Position numbers and translations under genes: made by a program. The notes beneath the pieces are model-generated. The model did no database searches and had not been told where the DNA came from. It saw only the letters and a program-made list of their open reading frames with translations. A DNA stretch of 64,000 nucleotides from an uncultured Acidobacteriota bacterium (GTDB lineage Bacteria; Acidobacteriota; Thermoanaerobaculia; UBA5066; Gp7-AA6), in NCBI GenBank assembly GCA_963723535.1, contig CAVRRE010000009.1, positions 213,297-277,296 on the forward strand, read 5' to 3'. Below, piece by piece: positions 10,819 to 21,160 of the stretch (its first letter is position 1; each line of letters begins with the position of its first letter).

Positions 10819-11731
10819 TCAGCGGGCGTGCCCGCCGGCGCTCCCGCGCCGGGCGTGGCGGCTCCCAGCCGGATGGCGAGGTAGACGAGGACGCAGCAGA
10901 GCGAAGTCGATGGCGAGGCCGAGCGTCGAAGCGGAACGGCTGGTTCTGCAGGGCCGGCGGCAGGCCCGGATGCAGGACCCAGAAGTAGATCGCGTTTCCG
11001 ACGAGGACCGCGATCGAATACTCGATCCACCGGCGCTTCGTCACGGCGCGAAACCTATCGCGGATCGCCCGGCGATCCCGTTGCCGTGCGATCCGCTCGC
11101 GCGTGATCGCGAGCTGGCGGCGCGAATGGGCCAGGCCTTCCGTCAGACCCTGGCGCTCCCGGATCGCGGCGGCTTCTTCGAGGGCCGCCGCGCTGCCGGC
11201 GAGGTGCTCCGCGGACCGCGCCGGGTCGAGCTCGGCGCGGCGGCGCAGGGCGAGGCCGAGGTTGTGGAGGGTCACGCCCCGGGCGATCTCGCGCTCGGCC
11301 GTGCGCCAGTCGAGCGCCCGTCTCGAAGAGCGCGACGGCCTCGGCGAGCTCGGCCTCGCTTTCGCCGAGGTTGGAGAGCGCGGTGGCGAGGTTGTGCAGG
11401 GCCCGGGCGTGCCAGCCCCCGTCGGGTCCTCCGGCGAAGTGGCCGAGCGCCTCGGCGAAGAGTCGGCGCGCGCGCTCGAGGTCGGCGGCGGGCCCGGGGC
11501 TCCCGTAGAAGACCGCGGCGTTGTGCAGGAAACGGGCGCGGCGCTCCGGCCGAGCGAACGGCGAGCGCCGGCAGCCGCTCCCAGAGATCGTCGGCGAGCG
11601 CCCGCGAGACGTCCGACTCGCCGCTCGGCGCGAAGCTCTTCCTGCGCGCGGAACCAATCGCGGTACGCCCCGGCCGGGTCCGACGCGAGCGCCTCCCGGA
11701 AGTGGCGGCGGAGAGGCTCGAGGTCGGCCAT
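10819..11731 (-). CDS. TPR-like repeat protein with C-terminal transmembrane segment
   Basis: MADLEPLRRHFREALASDPAGAYRDWFRAQEEL, FLHNAAVFYGSPGPAADLERARRLFAEALGHF...WHARALHNLATALSNLGESEAELAEAVALFE, VTLHNLGLALRRRAELDPARSAEHLAGSAAALEEAAAIRE, then KRRWIEYSIAVLVGNAIYFWVL and GLAIDFALL/CCVLVYLAIRLG. The 3' end is unresolved. Confidence 0.5.
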
Positions 11732-11743
11732 CGCGCGGTCAAC

Positions 11744-13814
11744 TCAGGCGCCGTCGAAGAGTCCGCGCTGCCGGGCCGGCCGGCCGGCGGAAGGTGCTCG
11801 TGCGCGGCTCTCTCCTCGTCCGGCCCCTGGTTGATTCCGAGCCGGCGGCACTCGATCTCGAAGAGGCTCTCGATCGCGGCCCAGCGCGGTCCGACTCCCT
11901 CCATGCGCGCGCCGAACCGCGATTCGTTCTTTTTCCGCCGCGTGTCTGCTCCAGGTTCGACCAGACGCGCGCCGCCCGGTCGGGGAAGGCTTCGGCCGAG
12001 TCGCTCCTCGAAGACGGGAAGGACCTCGGCGGGAAGGCGGAGCAGCGTGAGGAAGGCGCTGCGGGCCCCGGCCGCGCGGGCGCGCGAGAGCACCGCCGCG
12101 ATGTCGCTGTCGTTCAGGCCGGGGATCACGGGCGCGACCGAGACTCCCGTGCGGATGCCCGCCTCGGAGAGGCGGGCGATGGTCTCGATCCTCTGGGAGG
12201 GCAGGCTCGCGTTGGGCTCGATCGCCCGCCCGACGGCGTCGTCGGCGAAGGGCACGCTGACGTAGACCACGGCCGCGGATTCGCGGGTCAGACGCGAGAG
12301 GATGTCGACGTCGCGACGAACCAGCGCTCCCTTCGTCACGATGCCGACGGGATTGCGGAACTCGGCGCAAACCTCGAGACACCGCCGCGTGATGCCGTAG
12401 ACCGCCTCGAGGGGTTGATAGCAGTCGGTGACGCCCGAGAAGACGAGCGTCTCGCCCTTCCAGGAGCGCCGCGACAACTCCCGGCGGAGGAGCTCCGGCG
12501 CGTTGACCTTGACGACGATCTTGCGGTCGAAGTCGGTGCCCGCGCCCCAGCCGAGGTACTGATGGGTCGGGCGGGCATAGCAGTTGTGACTGACCACGCC
12601 GTTCGCGATGAAGTCGCCGGTTCCCGTCGTGATGTCGAAGAGGGGAAGCTCGACTCCCAGCGGCGCGACCGACGCGACCCGGAGCCGGGCCTGGCTCTTC
12701 AGGGCCTGACCCGCGATGTCGAGCTTGCGGGTGATCGCCGGACCGACCGTATGAAAGAAGCGCAGGTGCTCGCGGAGTCCGCGCCGCACCCGGACGACGC
12801 GGACAGGTTTCTCCCGCGGACTGTCTCTCGACGACGAAGTCGAAGCCGAAGAGCCGCAGCCCCTCGGCGATCCTCTCGATGATCCTGGAGTCCGTGTTGC
12901 AGATGCGCAAGATGCCGCGGCTGTAGCTTCCCTCGGCGTCGAAGATGCCGGCGAGAAAGCCTCGGTGCCAATCGGTCGTCGGGTGACGGACGGCCACTCG
13001 ATGATCCTGCGTATGGCATCGACGTTTGCACGGGCGCTCGTGCGGATCCCCCGAAGCTCCTTCCGCGAGTCGGCGGCCGCCTGGAAACAGGAACTCTCGG
13101 GCTTCGATCGGCGAACGTCCTGAAGATATCGGCGCGTCCGCCCGAGAGCTTCGAGGTCGACGAGCGCCAGACGGAAATGGTGCTGCTCGTCCACCGCACG
13201 CCTGCGGCCGCCGTACGGAATAGGAGCCGACGAGGGCGTCGCCCCGCACCATGCCGCAGAGATAGCCGGTTCGATAGTCGATCGGTCTCGTCGGCCGGCC
13301 GTGCGAAAGCCCCTACGCCGAGCAGTGAATTGTTGGGCGTCAGGTGGGGCCGCTGCCGACGTTGTCCCGGCGCGACGTACTTCCAGCCACGCTCCGTCAG
13401 AAAGCGATGATCGGCGCTCGCGACGAGCGTCGTTCCATCTTCGAGCTCGATCCGATACGCGGCCTCCAGCCGGCGCCAGTGATGGAGCACCTGTGTCTTG
13501 ACGTAACGGCGGTATCGGCCGACGAGCTTCGTTCCGTAGACCTCGTCTCCGATGCGAACGTCCTTCAGCTCGCGGGTGCGCCCGTCGCCCATGAGGATCG
13601 GTGTGTCTCCTCCCAGGCAGTACGCGCACGCATGAAAACATCCGCGGTACGGGTTCACGCTGAAGCGGAAGCCGACGTCGGGACTCTGGTTCTCCGAGAT
13701 GATCGACTTCGCCTCTTCCTCGTAGACCTCGAGCTCCGCGGCGGGCGGCTCGCCGAGCCACTCGGCGTGTACGGATTGCCAGGGGTTGGGCGGGTTGGAA
13801 ACGCGGCGGGTCAC
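11744..13814 (-). CDS. intein-containing radical SAM protein (Rv2578c/PA0069, SplB-like family)
   Basis: N-extein: MTRRVSNPPNPWQSVHAEWLGEPP...FRFSVNPYRGCFHACAY. C-extein: CYARPTHQYLGWGAGTDFDRKIVVKVNAPELLRRELSRRSWKGETLVFSGVTDCYQPLE...VPFADDAVGRAIEPNASLPSQRIETIARLSEAGIRTGVSVAPVIPGLND...FLTLLRLPAEVLPVFEE...ESRFGARMEGVGPRW...ending ...RQRGLFDGA. Many frame changes. Confidence 0.85.
12583..13619 (-). mobile_element. class-1 intein with LAGLIDADG homing-endonuclease domain, inserted in the CxxxCxxC motif
   Basis: Cys1 codon is at 13617-13619, starting CLGGDTPILMGDGRTRELKDVRIGDEVYG (block A). Block B is TLVASADHRFLT. Two dodecapeptide motifs are present: YLCGMVRGDA and FLAGIFDAEGSY...ICNTD. The C-terminal splice motif is GDFIANGVVSHN (Asn codon 12583-12585), followed by the +1 Cys (12580-12582). 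The 1037-nt length is not a multiple of 3 because of internal frame changes. Confidence 0.85.
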
Positions 13815-13829
13815 CGGGCGACTTTTCCT

Positions 13830-14689
13830 CTAGGCGGACTTGGCGGGTCCGGACTCCTTCGGCGGCCGCTGCGAGACGCGCGAATTGCTTGAGCCCGTCG
13901 CCCGTCAGAAACGGCCGGCCGAACCGGATCAGGTCGGCGCGCAGGCGGCGGAAGGCATCGAGCGGGATCCTTCGAGAGGCCCGGGTAGCGCATCAGGCCG
14001 GCGACGCCGAGCCGTTCCATGTAGTCGGGATGGAGGAGCTGGCGGCCGCCCGCGGCGTAGGCCGCGATCGTCACTCCGCTGCGGACGCGGAGCTCGAGGG
14101 CCCGGCCCCGTCTCGCGAAGCGTGTCGTCGCCGTCGGCGCGGCCCTCGATCTTCTCCTCGCGGATCTCCTGCCGCTTGAAGCCGTGCGACGGCCATGACG
14201 TCCGCGAGGAGGGCCGCGCCCTCGGTCAGCAGCTCGGCGTCCGCGCGCTTGGGATGCGAGCGGCGGAGCGCCTCCATCAGGGAGTCGATGCGGCGGCGCA
14301 GCTCGTCCCGCGTCGCGCGGAAGGCCTCCGCGCGCTCCTCCTCGCTGCCGCGGACGAAGCTCGGGTCCTCGATCGACCAGTTCACGAGGTGGCGGGCGTT
14401 CGGCCACGTCGGGCAGTCGGCGGCGGCCGAGTCGCAGACGGTGACGACGAGGTCGAACGGCTCCTCGAGGAATTCCTCGGCGGACTTGGAGCGCGCATTG
14501 TCCATAGCGGACGCCGAGCTCCTCGATCGCGTGGATCGCGAGCGGATGCACGAACCCCGCCGGACGCGAGCCGGCCGAGACCGGATCCAGCAGGTCGCCG
14601 TAGTCGAGGCGGGCGAGCGCCTCGGCCATCTGGCTGCGCGCGGCGTTGCCGGTGCAGAGAAACAGGATGCGACGGCGATCCGAGGGCAC
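13830..14689 (-). CDS. LMW-PTP-type (thioredoxin-coupled) arsenate reductase-like domain with an uncharacterised ~140-aa C-terminal extension
   Basis: The N-terminal domain has ILFLCTGNAARSQMAEAL (CX5R P-loop), SAGSRPAGFVHPLAIHAIEELG and DLVVTVCDSAAADCP (Cys pair). A stitched extension follows: SHGFKRQEIREEKIEGRADGDDTLRETG / RALELRVRSGVTIAAYAAGGRQLLHPDYMERLGVAGLMRYPG / IPLDAFRRLRADLIRFGRPFLTGDGLKQFARLAAAAEG. About four frame changes. Stop is inferred at TAG 13830-13832. It could be two genes. Confidence 0.6.
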
Positions 14690-14889
14690 GGTCTTCTATA
14701 CCTCATCGAGCGCAGTCCGACCTCCACTTGCTAAACTTCTGTCGCGGCTTCCGGAGGCTCCGACCCGCGTCGGAAGCCCGGAAGATTCGGGCATCGAGCG
14801 CCGCTCCGCGCGACGATCCTTCGCGCGAACGCTCGTCGCGCCCGCGTCCGCCTAGCCGTTTCGCCGTTTCGCCCTCATAATGGTACGGA

Positions 14890-17253
14890 TTGAGCGAAGG
14901 GTCCTTCTGGAAGAGCCGCCTCGCCGGTGAGGCGATCGGTGTCGTCTTGCTGCTCGCGGGCCTGCTCGCGGCGCTGGCGCTGCTCTCCTTCGACCCCCGC
15001 GACCCCAACATCTTTTCCTGGACCGCCGGCGGAGAGGCGGCCAACCCGAACAACTGGATCGGCGGTTTCGGCGCCTCGCTCGCCACGGCGCTCTACGCCC
15101 TCTTCGGCCTGGCGGCCTGGGGCGTGACCGGCCTCGTCCTGGTGCTCGGATGGCGGCGGTTCTGGGCACGGCCCGCTGCCCAACCCGGCCTCCAAGGCCG
15201 CCGGGATCGGCGCTCCTGCTCTTTTCGCTGCCGATGCTTCTCTCGCTGGCCCTCGGGCGGCGCCAGCTGTACGGCGAAGAGGCCGAGACCGGCGGCATCG
15301 TCGGCCGGGCGCTCGCCGACGCCTTCCGGGGGCGCATCGGCACGACGGGCGCCGTGCTCGTCGCCGCGACGCTCGTCCTCCTCGCCGTGCCTCTCGCGAC
15401 CCAGGTCTCGCTGGGCGACGTCTTCCTGAAGCTCCGGGTGCGATTCGCGGGCCTGCTCTCGCGCCTGACGGTCGGGTGGGCGCGCAGCCGGGACCGCCGG
15501 ACCAAGGAGCGGCTGCGGAGAACGGTCGTCACCAAGCACCTCGAGAAGGCGAGGAAAGACGAGATCTCGCTCGACGAGATTCCGTTCGCCGCCGAGGACG
15601 CGCCGCCGATCGTTCGCGAGCTGCCGGGCCCGGGAAGGTTCTCGATCCGAAGACGACGGTCGCCGCGGCGCCGGACCGGTCGCCGCGCCGCGCGAAGCCG
15701 CCGGGCCCGGCGTCCGGCGCCGAAGAAGAAGCCCGAGAAGGACGCCCAGCAGAGCCTGCCGCTGACGGTCTCCGGCTACACGTATCCGCCGGTCTCGCTT
15801 CTCGAGAAGCGGCAGCAGGCCGAGGCGATCGACCGCCGGGCGCTCGCCGAGACGGGCCGGCAGATCGCCGCGAAGTGCGCCGAGTTCGACGTGGAAGGCG
15901 AGGTCGCCGAGTACCACCCCGGGCCCGTCGTCACGACGTACGAGTTCCGGCCGGCGGCGGGCATCAAGGTCAACCAGGTCATGGGGCTCTCGGAGGACCT
16001 GGCGCTCGCGCTCTCGGCCGAGTCGATCCGCGTCGAGCGCCTGCCCGGCCGGGCGAGCGTCGGCATCGAGGTTCCCAACCCCGGCGGCGGCGAAGATCAT
16101 CGCGATCCGCGACGTCCTCGAGTCGGAACGCTTCCAGAGCTCGCGCTCGCTGCTGACGCTCGCGCTCGGCAAGGACATCCACGGCGAGCCCGTCGTGGAC
16201 GACCTGCGGGCGATGCCGCATCTCCTGATCGCCGGCACGACGGGCTCGGGCAAGAGCGTCGGCATCAACGCCCTGATCACGTCGATCGTCTACAAGGCGC
16301 GGCCGGACCAGGTGAAGCTCATCCTCATCGACCCGAAGATGGTCGAGCTCGAGATGTACGAGAACCTCCCGCACCTGGCCACGCCCATCATCACCGACCC
16401 GAGGAAGGCCTCGAACGCCCTGAAGTGGGCGGTCGCCACGATGGAGGAGCGGTTCCAGACGCTCTCGAGCTTCGGCCAGGTCCGCAACGCCGAGCAGTAC
16501 AACGCGGCGATCCAGGATCCCGAGGCCGTCGCCCGCGTGCGCGCGCAGCACCCCGAGGATCCCGAGCTCAAGCTCGAGCCGATGCCTCTCATCGTGATCA
16601 TCATCGACGAGCTGGCCGACCTCATGATGACCGCGCCCAAGGACGTCGAAGAGGCCGTCGTGCGCATCGCCCAGAAGGCCCGCGCCGTCGGCATCCACCT
16701 GGTCGTCGCGACGCAGCGTCCCTCGGTGGACGTCCTGACGGGCGTCATCAAGGCGAACCTGCCCTCGCGCATCGCCTTCAAGGTCTCCTCCAAGATCGAT
16801 TCCCGCGTCATCCTCGACGGCAACGGCGCGGAGCGGCTGCTCGGCCGCGGCGACATGCTCTTCCTGCCGCCGGGCACCTCCCGGCTGAAGCGCGTCCACG
16901 GCGCGTACGTCTCGGTGCAGGAGACCGCGGCCCTCATGAAGTTCCTCAAGAAGCAGGCCCGGCCGCACTTCGACGAGGAGATCACCAAGGATCGCGCCGA
17001 GGCCGTGCAGCGCGACGACGCGGGCGACGAGACCGATCCGCTGTACGACGAGGCCGCGCGCCTGGTCGTGCGCGAGAAGATGGCGTCGATCTCGTTCCTC
17101 CAGCGCCGCATGGGCGTCGGGTTCTCGCGCGCCGGCAAGCTCATCGACATGATGTCCCGCGACGGCCTTCTCGGGCCGCCGCGGGGATCCAAGCCCCGCG
17201 AGGTGCTCGTGGCCGAGGACTACTTCGAAGAAGTGGACCGGCAGCCGCGATGA
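14890..17253 (+). CDS. ftsK: DNA translocase FtsK
   Basis: TTG 14890 opens an N-terminal membrane region: AIGVVLLLAGLLAALALLSFDPRDPN...GGFGASLATALYALFGLAAWG. Then ...YTYPPVSLLEKRQQ...VAEYHPGPVVTTYEFRPAAGIKVNQV and the motor domain MPHLLIAGTTGSGKSVGINALITS...IIIDELADLMM...RIAQKARAVGIHLVVATQRPSVDVLTG. The gamma domain is SISFLQRRMGVGFSRAGKLIDMM. Several frame changes in the first half. Confidence 0.9.
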
Positions 17254-17643
17254 GCCGCCCGATGATGCTTGCTCTCGTGGCGATGCTCGTCGCGCCGTTC
17301 GCGACGTGGCTGATCTATCGCCTGGCGAAGGGCCTGGGGTTCCTCGATCCGCCCTGGAACGCGGAGCACGAGCAGCGGCGGACGATCGTCGTCGCGCTCT
17401 TCGCCTTCGTCCTGTTCCTTTCGGTGTTCCTCTTCGGCCACGCCAACGCGTGGCCGCGCGTCTGGGCCGTCTTCGGCATCATCAACGGCCTCGCCCTCGT
17501 CTTCTTCGGCGCGATCGGCGCGATCGCCGCCCGGCGGCTCTGGAGGCTGCGGCATCCGACGCCCGCCGCCGAAACGCCGGCGCCCGCCGGCGGCCACGCA
17601 CCCGAGCGACGCCGCGAGCCCGGCGGAGAAGCCGCTGGCCTGA
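17250..17643 (+). CDS. small integral membrane protein, function unknown
   Basis: ATG 17250 overlaps the ftsK stop (ATGA). Sequence: MSRPMMLALVAMLVAPFATWLIYRLAKGLG...IVVALFAFVLFLSVFLFGHANAWPRVWAVFGIINGLALVFFGAIGAIAA. The stop is inferred after one frame change. Confidence 0.45.
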
Positions 17644-17660
17644 TCCGCGGCCTTCGACGC

Positions 17661-18641
17661 GTGACGGCCGACCGGTTCCCTCGCACCGTGTTCTTCGGAA
17701 CGCCGGACTTCGCGGCGGCGTCTCTCCAGGCGCTGCTCGACGCGGGCGTCGACGTGCCGCTCGTCGTCACGCAGCCCGACCGGCCGGTGGGCCGGCACGC
17801 CGAGCCGCGGCCGTCGGCCGTCGCGGCCCTCGCCGGCGTCGCGCGGGCATCCCGACGGAGAAGCCGGAGACGGTGCAAGGCGAACGCCGAGCTTCGTCGC
17901 GCGCCTTCGCGAGGCGCGGCCGGAGGCGATCGCGGTCGTCGCCTACGGCCGGATCCTGCCGGCCGAGATCCTCGCGCTTCCGCGCCTCGGGCTGCGTCAA
18001 CGTCCACGCGTCGCTGCTTCCGCGCTGGCGCGGCGCGTCGCCCGATCCAGGCGGCGATCCTCGCCGGCGACGCCGAGACGGGCGTCGCCACGATGCGCAT
18101 GGAGGAAGGCCTGGACACGGGGCCGGTCTATCTCGAGCGCCGCGTGCGCCATCGGCGAGCGGGAGACGGCGGGCGAGCTCTCGGAGCGGCTCGCGCGGCT
18201 CGGTGGCGAGCTTCTCGTCGAGACGCTCGAGGGCCTCGCCGCCGGCCGGCTGGCTCCGCGGCCGCAGGAGGGCGAGCCGACGCATCTGCCGGCCGATCCG
18301 GCGCGAGGACGCGCTCGTCGACTGGGAGCGGCCGGCGGCGGAGATCGTGCGGCGGCTTCGGGCGTTCACGCCCTGGCCCGGCCTCTACACTTTCCTCGAA
18401 GGCGAGCGCGTCAAGATCCTCGACGCGGACGAGCGCCGCGACGAGCCGCTCGGCCGCTCCGCCCGGCTCCTTCGACCTCGCGGCGCGGACGAGCTCGTCG
18501 CCGCCGCGGGCGGAGGAACGGCCGTGCGCGATCGCGCGCCTGCAGCGCGCCGGGCGGAAGCCGGTGACCGGGGCCGAGTTCGCTCGCGCGGCAAGGCTGC
18601 CCGGCCGCTTCGGGATCCGCCTCGATGAAGGCGGGTCGTGA
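17661..18641 (+). CDS. fmt: methionyl-tRNA formyltransferase
   Basis: [38 protein letters not shown], ...[48 protein letters not shown]..., LAPRPQEGEPT and ...[23 protein letters not shown]. Several frame changes. Confidence 0.8.
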   Translation: [326 protein letters not shown]

Positions 18642-20025
18642 CAGCCGTCGAGCCGGCGGGCGGCCGGCGCGCGCGGCCGACGGCGCCCGAGTGCGCGCGG
18701 TCGAGGCGCTGCGCAAGGTCCTCGAGAGCGGCCGGCCGGCGGCGCCGCTCGTCGGCGAGCTCTCGCGCGGGCTTTCGCCGCCGGACGCGGATCTTCTGCG
18801 GGAGCTGGTCCTCGGCGTCCTGCGCTGGAAGGCGAGCCTCGACGCCGAGATTGCCGCCGTCAGCCGGATCCCCCTGCAGAAGCTCGCGCCGAATCTGCGC
18901 GAGATCCTGGAGGTGGCGCTCTACCAGCTCCGGCATCTCGACCGGATCCCGCCGTACGCCGCCGTGAGCGAGGCCGTCACGCACGCCCGCGCGAGCGGCG
19001 GGGAAGGCGCCTCGAAGCTCGTCAACGGCGTCCTGCGCGGAATCCTGCTCCTGCCGGCTCCGGTCGAGCCGCGCGGCCGATGCGTCCGCCGACGCGCTCG
19101 CGCGGTTCTTACTCGCATCCCGCCTTTCTCGTCGAGCGCTGGCTGGCCCGCTTCGGGCCGGAGGCGACGCGGCGCATGCTCGCCGCCGACAACGCGCCCC
19201 CGCGGCTCGACCTGCTCGCGAATCCCGCGGCGCACGACGCGGGACGCTCTCGTCTCGGCGCTCGCCGCCGAAGGCGTCGAGGCCGTGCGCTCGCCGCTGA
19301 CGCCGCTGGGCCTGACGGCGGTGGCGGGGAATCCCCTGCGCTCACCGCCTCTTCCGCGACGGACACTTCAGCGTCCAGGATCTGGGCGCGCAGGTCCTGC
19401 CGCTGCTCCTGCCTCCGGGAGAGCTCCTCGTCGACCTCGCCGCCGCGCCGGGAGGCAAGTCGATGTCGGCGCTCGCGCACGGGCGCGCGCGCGTGACGCT
19501 CGCGCTGGACGTTTCGCTCCGCGGCGCCTGCGCCGCGTCGCCGAGAACGCGCGCCGGCTGGAGGCGGCGGCGCGGCCGGTCGGCCGCCGATCTCGAGTCC
19601 CTGCCGCTTCCGGCGGGACGGTTCGACCGGGTCCTTCTCGACGCGCCCTGCAGCGGGACCGGAACGCTCCGCAAGAATCCCGAGATCCGCTACCGCGTGA
19701 CGCCGGAAGCGATCGAGCGGCTGGCCGCGAGGCAGGAGCGCTGGCTCGCGGCGGCGGCGGCGCTCCTCGCGCCCGGCGGCTGGCTGCTCTACTCGACGTG
19801 CAGCCTCGAGCCCGAGGAGAACGAGCGGGTCGTCGAGCGCGTCTGCGCGCGCGTGCCGCGGCCTCGCGCCGGCGCCGATCGAGCCGCTCCCGGGTCTGGC
19901 GCCGTTCGTCGAGGGCGCCCGGCTGCGGTTCCTGCCGGACGACCGCGTCGACGGGTTCACGGCGCACCTTCTGCGGCGACGCCGGCCTCGCGGCCGGCGG
20001 CGCCCCGATAGAATCCCCGCCGTGA
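18625..20025 (+). CDS. rsmB: 16S rRNA (cytosine967-C5)-methyltransferase
   Basis: The N-terminal NusB-like part is ARVRAVEALRKVLESG...LRELVLGVLRWKASLD...ILEVALYQLRHLDRIPPYAAVSEAVTHAR...ASKLVNGVLR. Then YSHPAFLVERWLARFGPEA and the catalytic part FDRVLLDAPCSGTGTLRKNPEIRYR...LLAPGGWLLYSTCSLEPEENE. The start overlaps the fmt end. The stop is inferred at TGA 20023-20025. Confidence 0.8.
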   Translation: MKAGRDSRRAGGRPARAADGARVRAVEALRKVLESGRPAAPLVGELSRGLSPPDADLLRELVLGVLRWKASLDAEIAAVSRIPLQKLAPNLREILEVALYQLRHLDRIPPYAAVSEAVTHARASGGEGASKLVNGVLRGILLLPAPVEPRGRCVRRRARAVLTRIPPFSSSAGWPASGRRRRGACSPPTTRPRGSTCSRIPRRTTRDALVSALAAEGVEAVRSPLTPLGLTAVAGNPLRSPPLPRRTLQRPGSGRAGPAAAPASGRAPRRPRRRAGRQVDVGARARARARDARAGRFAPRRLRRVAENARRLEAAARPVGRRSRVPAASGGTVRPGPSRRALQRDRNAPQESRDPLPRDAGSDRAAGREAGALARGGGGAPRARRLAALLDVQPRARGERAGRRARLRARAAASRRRRSSRSRVWRRSSRAPGCGSCRTTASTGSRRTFCGDAGLAAGGAPIESPP

Positions 20026-21150
20026 GCTCGCCCGCGCGGCCGATCCCGATCCTCGACCTGACGCGCTACGACGAGGAGCTCCGGCGCGGGCATCGCGCAG
20101 GCCGTCGCGGACGTGTTCGCTTCGGGCCGCTTCGTGCTCGGTCCCGCGAACGAGGCGTTCGAGAGGGCCCTCGCCGACAGGCTCGGGGTCCGCCACGTCC
20201 TCGGCGTCGCGTCGGGAACGGACGCGCTGCTCGTCGCGCTCATGGCCCTCGGCGTCGGGCCGGGCGACGAGGTCGTCACCTCGCCCTTCTCCTTCTTCGC
20301 CTCGGCCGGAGCCGTGGCCCGCCTCGGGGCCACGCCGGTCTTCGTCGACATCGACGCCGCGACGTTCAACCTGGATCCGTCGCGCCTGGAGCGCGCCATC
20401 ACGCCGCGCACGAAGGCGATCCAGCCCGTCCATCTCTACGGCCAGACCGCGGACATGGATCCGATCCTCGAGATCGCGCGGCGCCGCGGAATCCCGGTGC
20501 TCGAGGACGCCTGCCAGGCGATCGGCGCGACCCACGGGGGACGGCCGGCGGGCACGCTCGGGACGCTCGGCGCGTTCTCGTTCTATCCGACCAAGAACCT
20601 CGGGCGCCGCGGGCGACGCCGGCGCCGTCGCGACCGACGACGACGCCCTGGCGGCCCTCGTGAAGAGCCTGCGCGTCCACGGCTCGACGGCGACGTACTT
20701 CCACGACCGGGTCGGCGGCAACTTCCGGATGGACGCCCTGCAGGCCGCGGTGCTCTCGGCGAAGCTCCCGCGCCTCGACGGCTGGATCGAGCGCCGCCGC
20801 GCGATCGCGAAACGTTACGGCGAGCTCTTCGCCGACGCCGCGGCGGCGGGCCGCCTGACCCTGCCCGTCGAGGCTCCCGGGCGCCGCCACGTCTACCACC
20901 AGTACGTCGTGCGCGTGGCGGACCGCGACGGCGTGAAGAAGCGCCTCGCCGAGCGCGGGATCGGGACGCTCGGTGTTCTACCCGGTGCCGCTCCACCTGC
21001 AGAAGTGTTTCGCCGCCCTCGGCGGGCGCGAGGGGCAGTTTCCCCAGGCGGAGCGCGCGGCGAGAGAAGTCCTCGCGCTTCCGATGTTCGCCGAGCTCAC
21101 CGAGAGCGAGGTGGATCGGGTCGCCGAGGCTGTTCTCGCGTTCGCTCTAG
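20022..21150 (+). CDS. DegT/DnrJ/EryC1/StrS-family sugar aminotransferase
   Basis: [13 protein letters not shown]..., [66 protein letters not shown]...FVDID...[13 protein letters not shown]...[10 protein letters not shown]...[12 protein letters not shown], then LRVHGS...[20 protein letters not shown]...YHQYVVRV and [12 protein letters not shown]...[17 protein letters not shown]. Several frame changes. Confidence 0.8.
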
Positions 21151-21160
21151 GGCGCGGGGC

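Noticed and set aside
14727-14889. Possible small RNA or riboswitch in the arsC-like/ftsK divergent intergenic region (alternative GGCTTCCG/CGGAAGCC hairpins and a GCCGTTTC direct repeat)
   Set aside because: The stems are short and GC-driven. I recognise no conserved riboswitch motif and there is no terminator. This is most simply promoter or leader sequence.
15150-18641. 1163-aa ORF spanning ftsK, a small membrane protein and fmt
   Set aside because: It is a chimera. Only parts are in the true frame of each gene, and the remainder is GC-rich read-through. The same applies to ORFs 44683-47079, 3449-5689, 11272-13761, 26624-28891 and 40107-42371.
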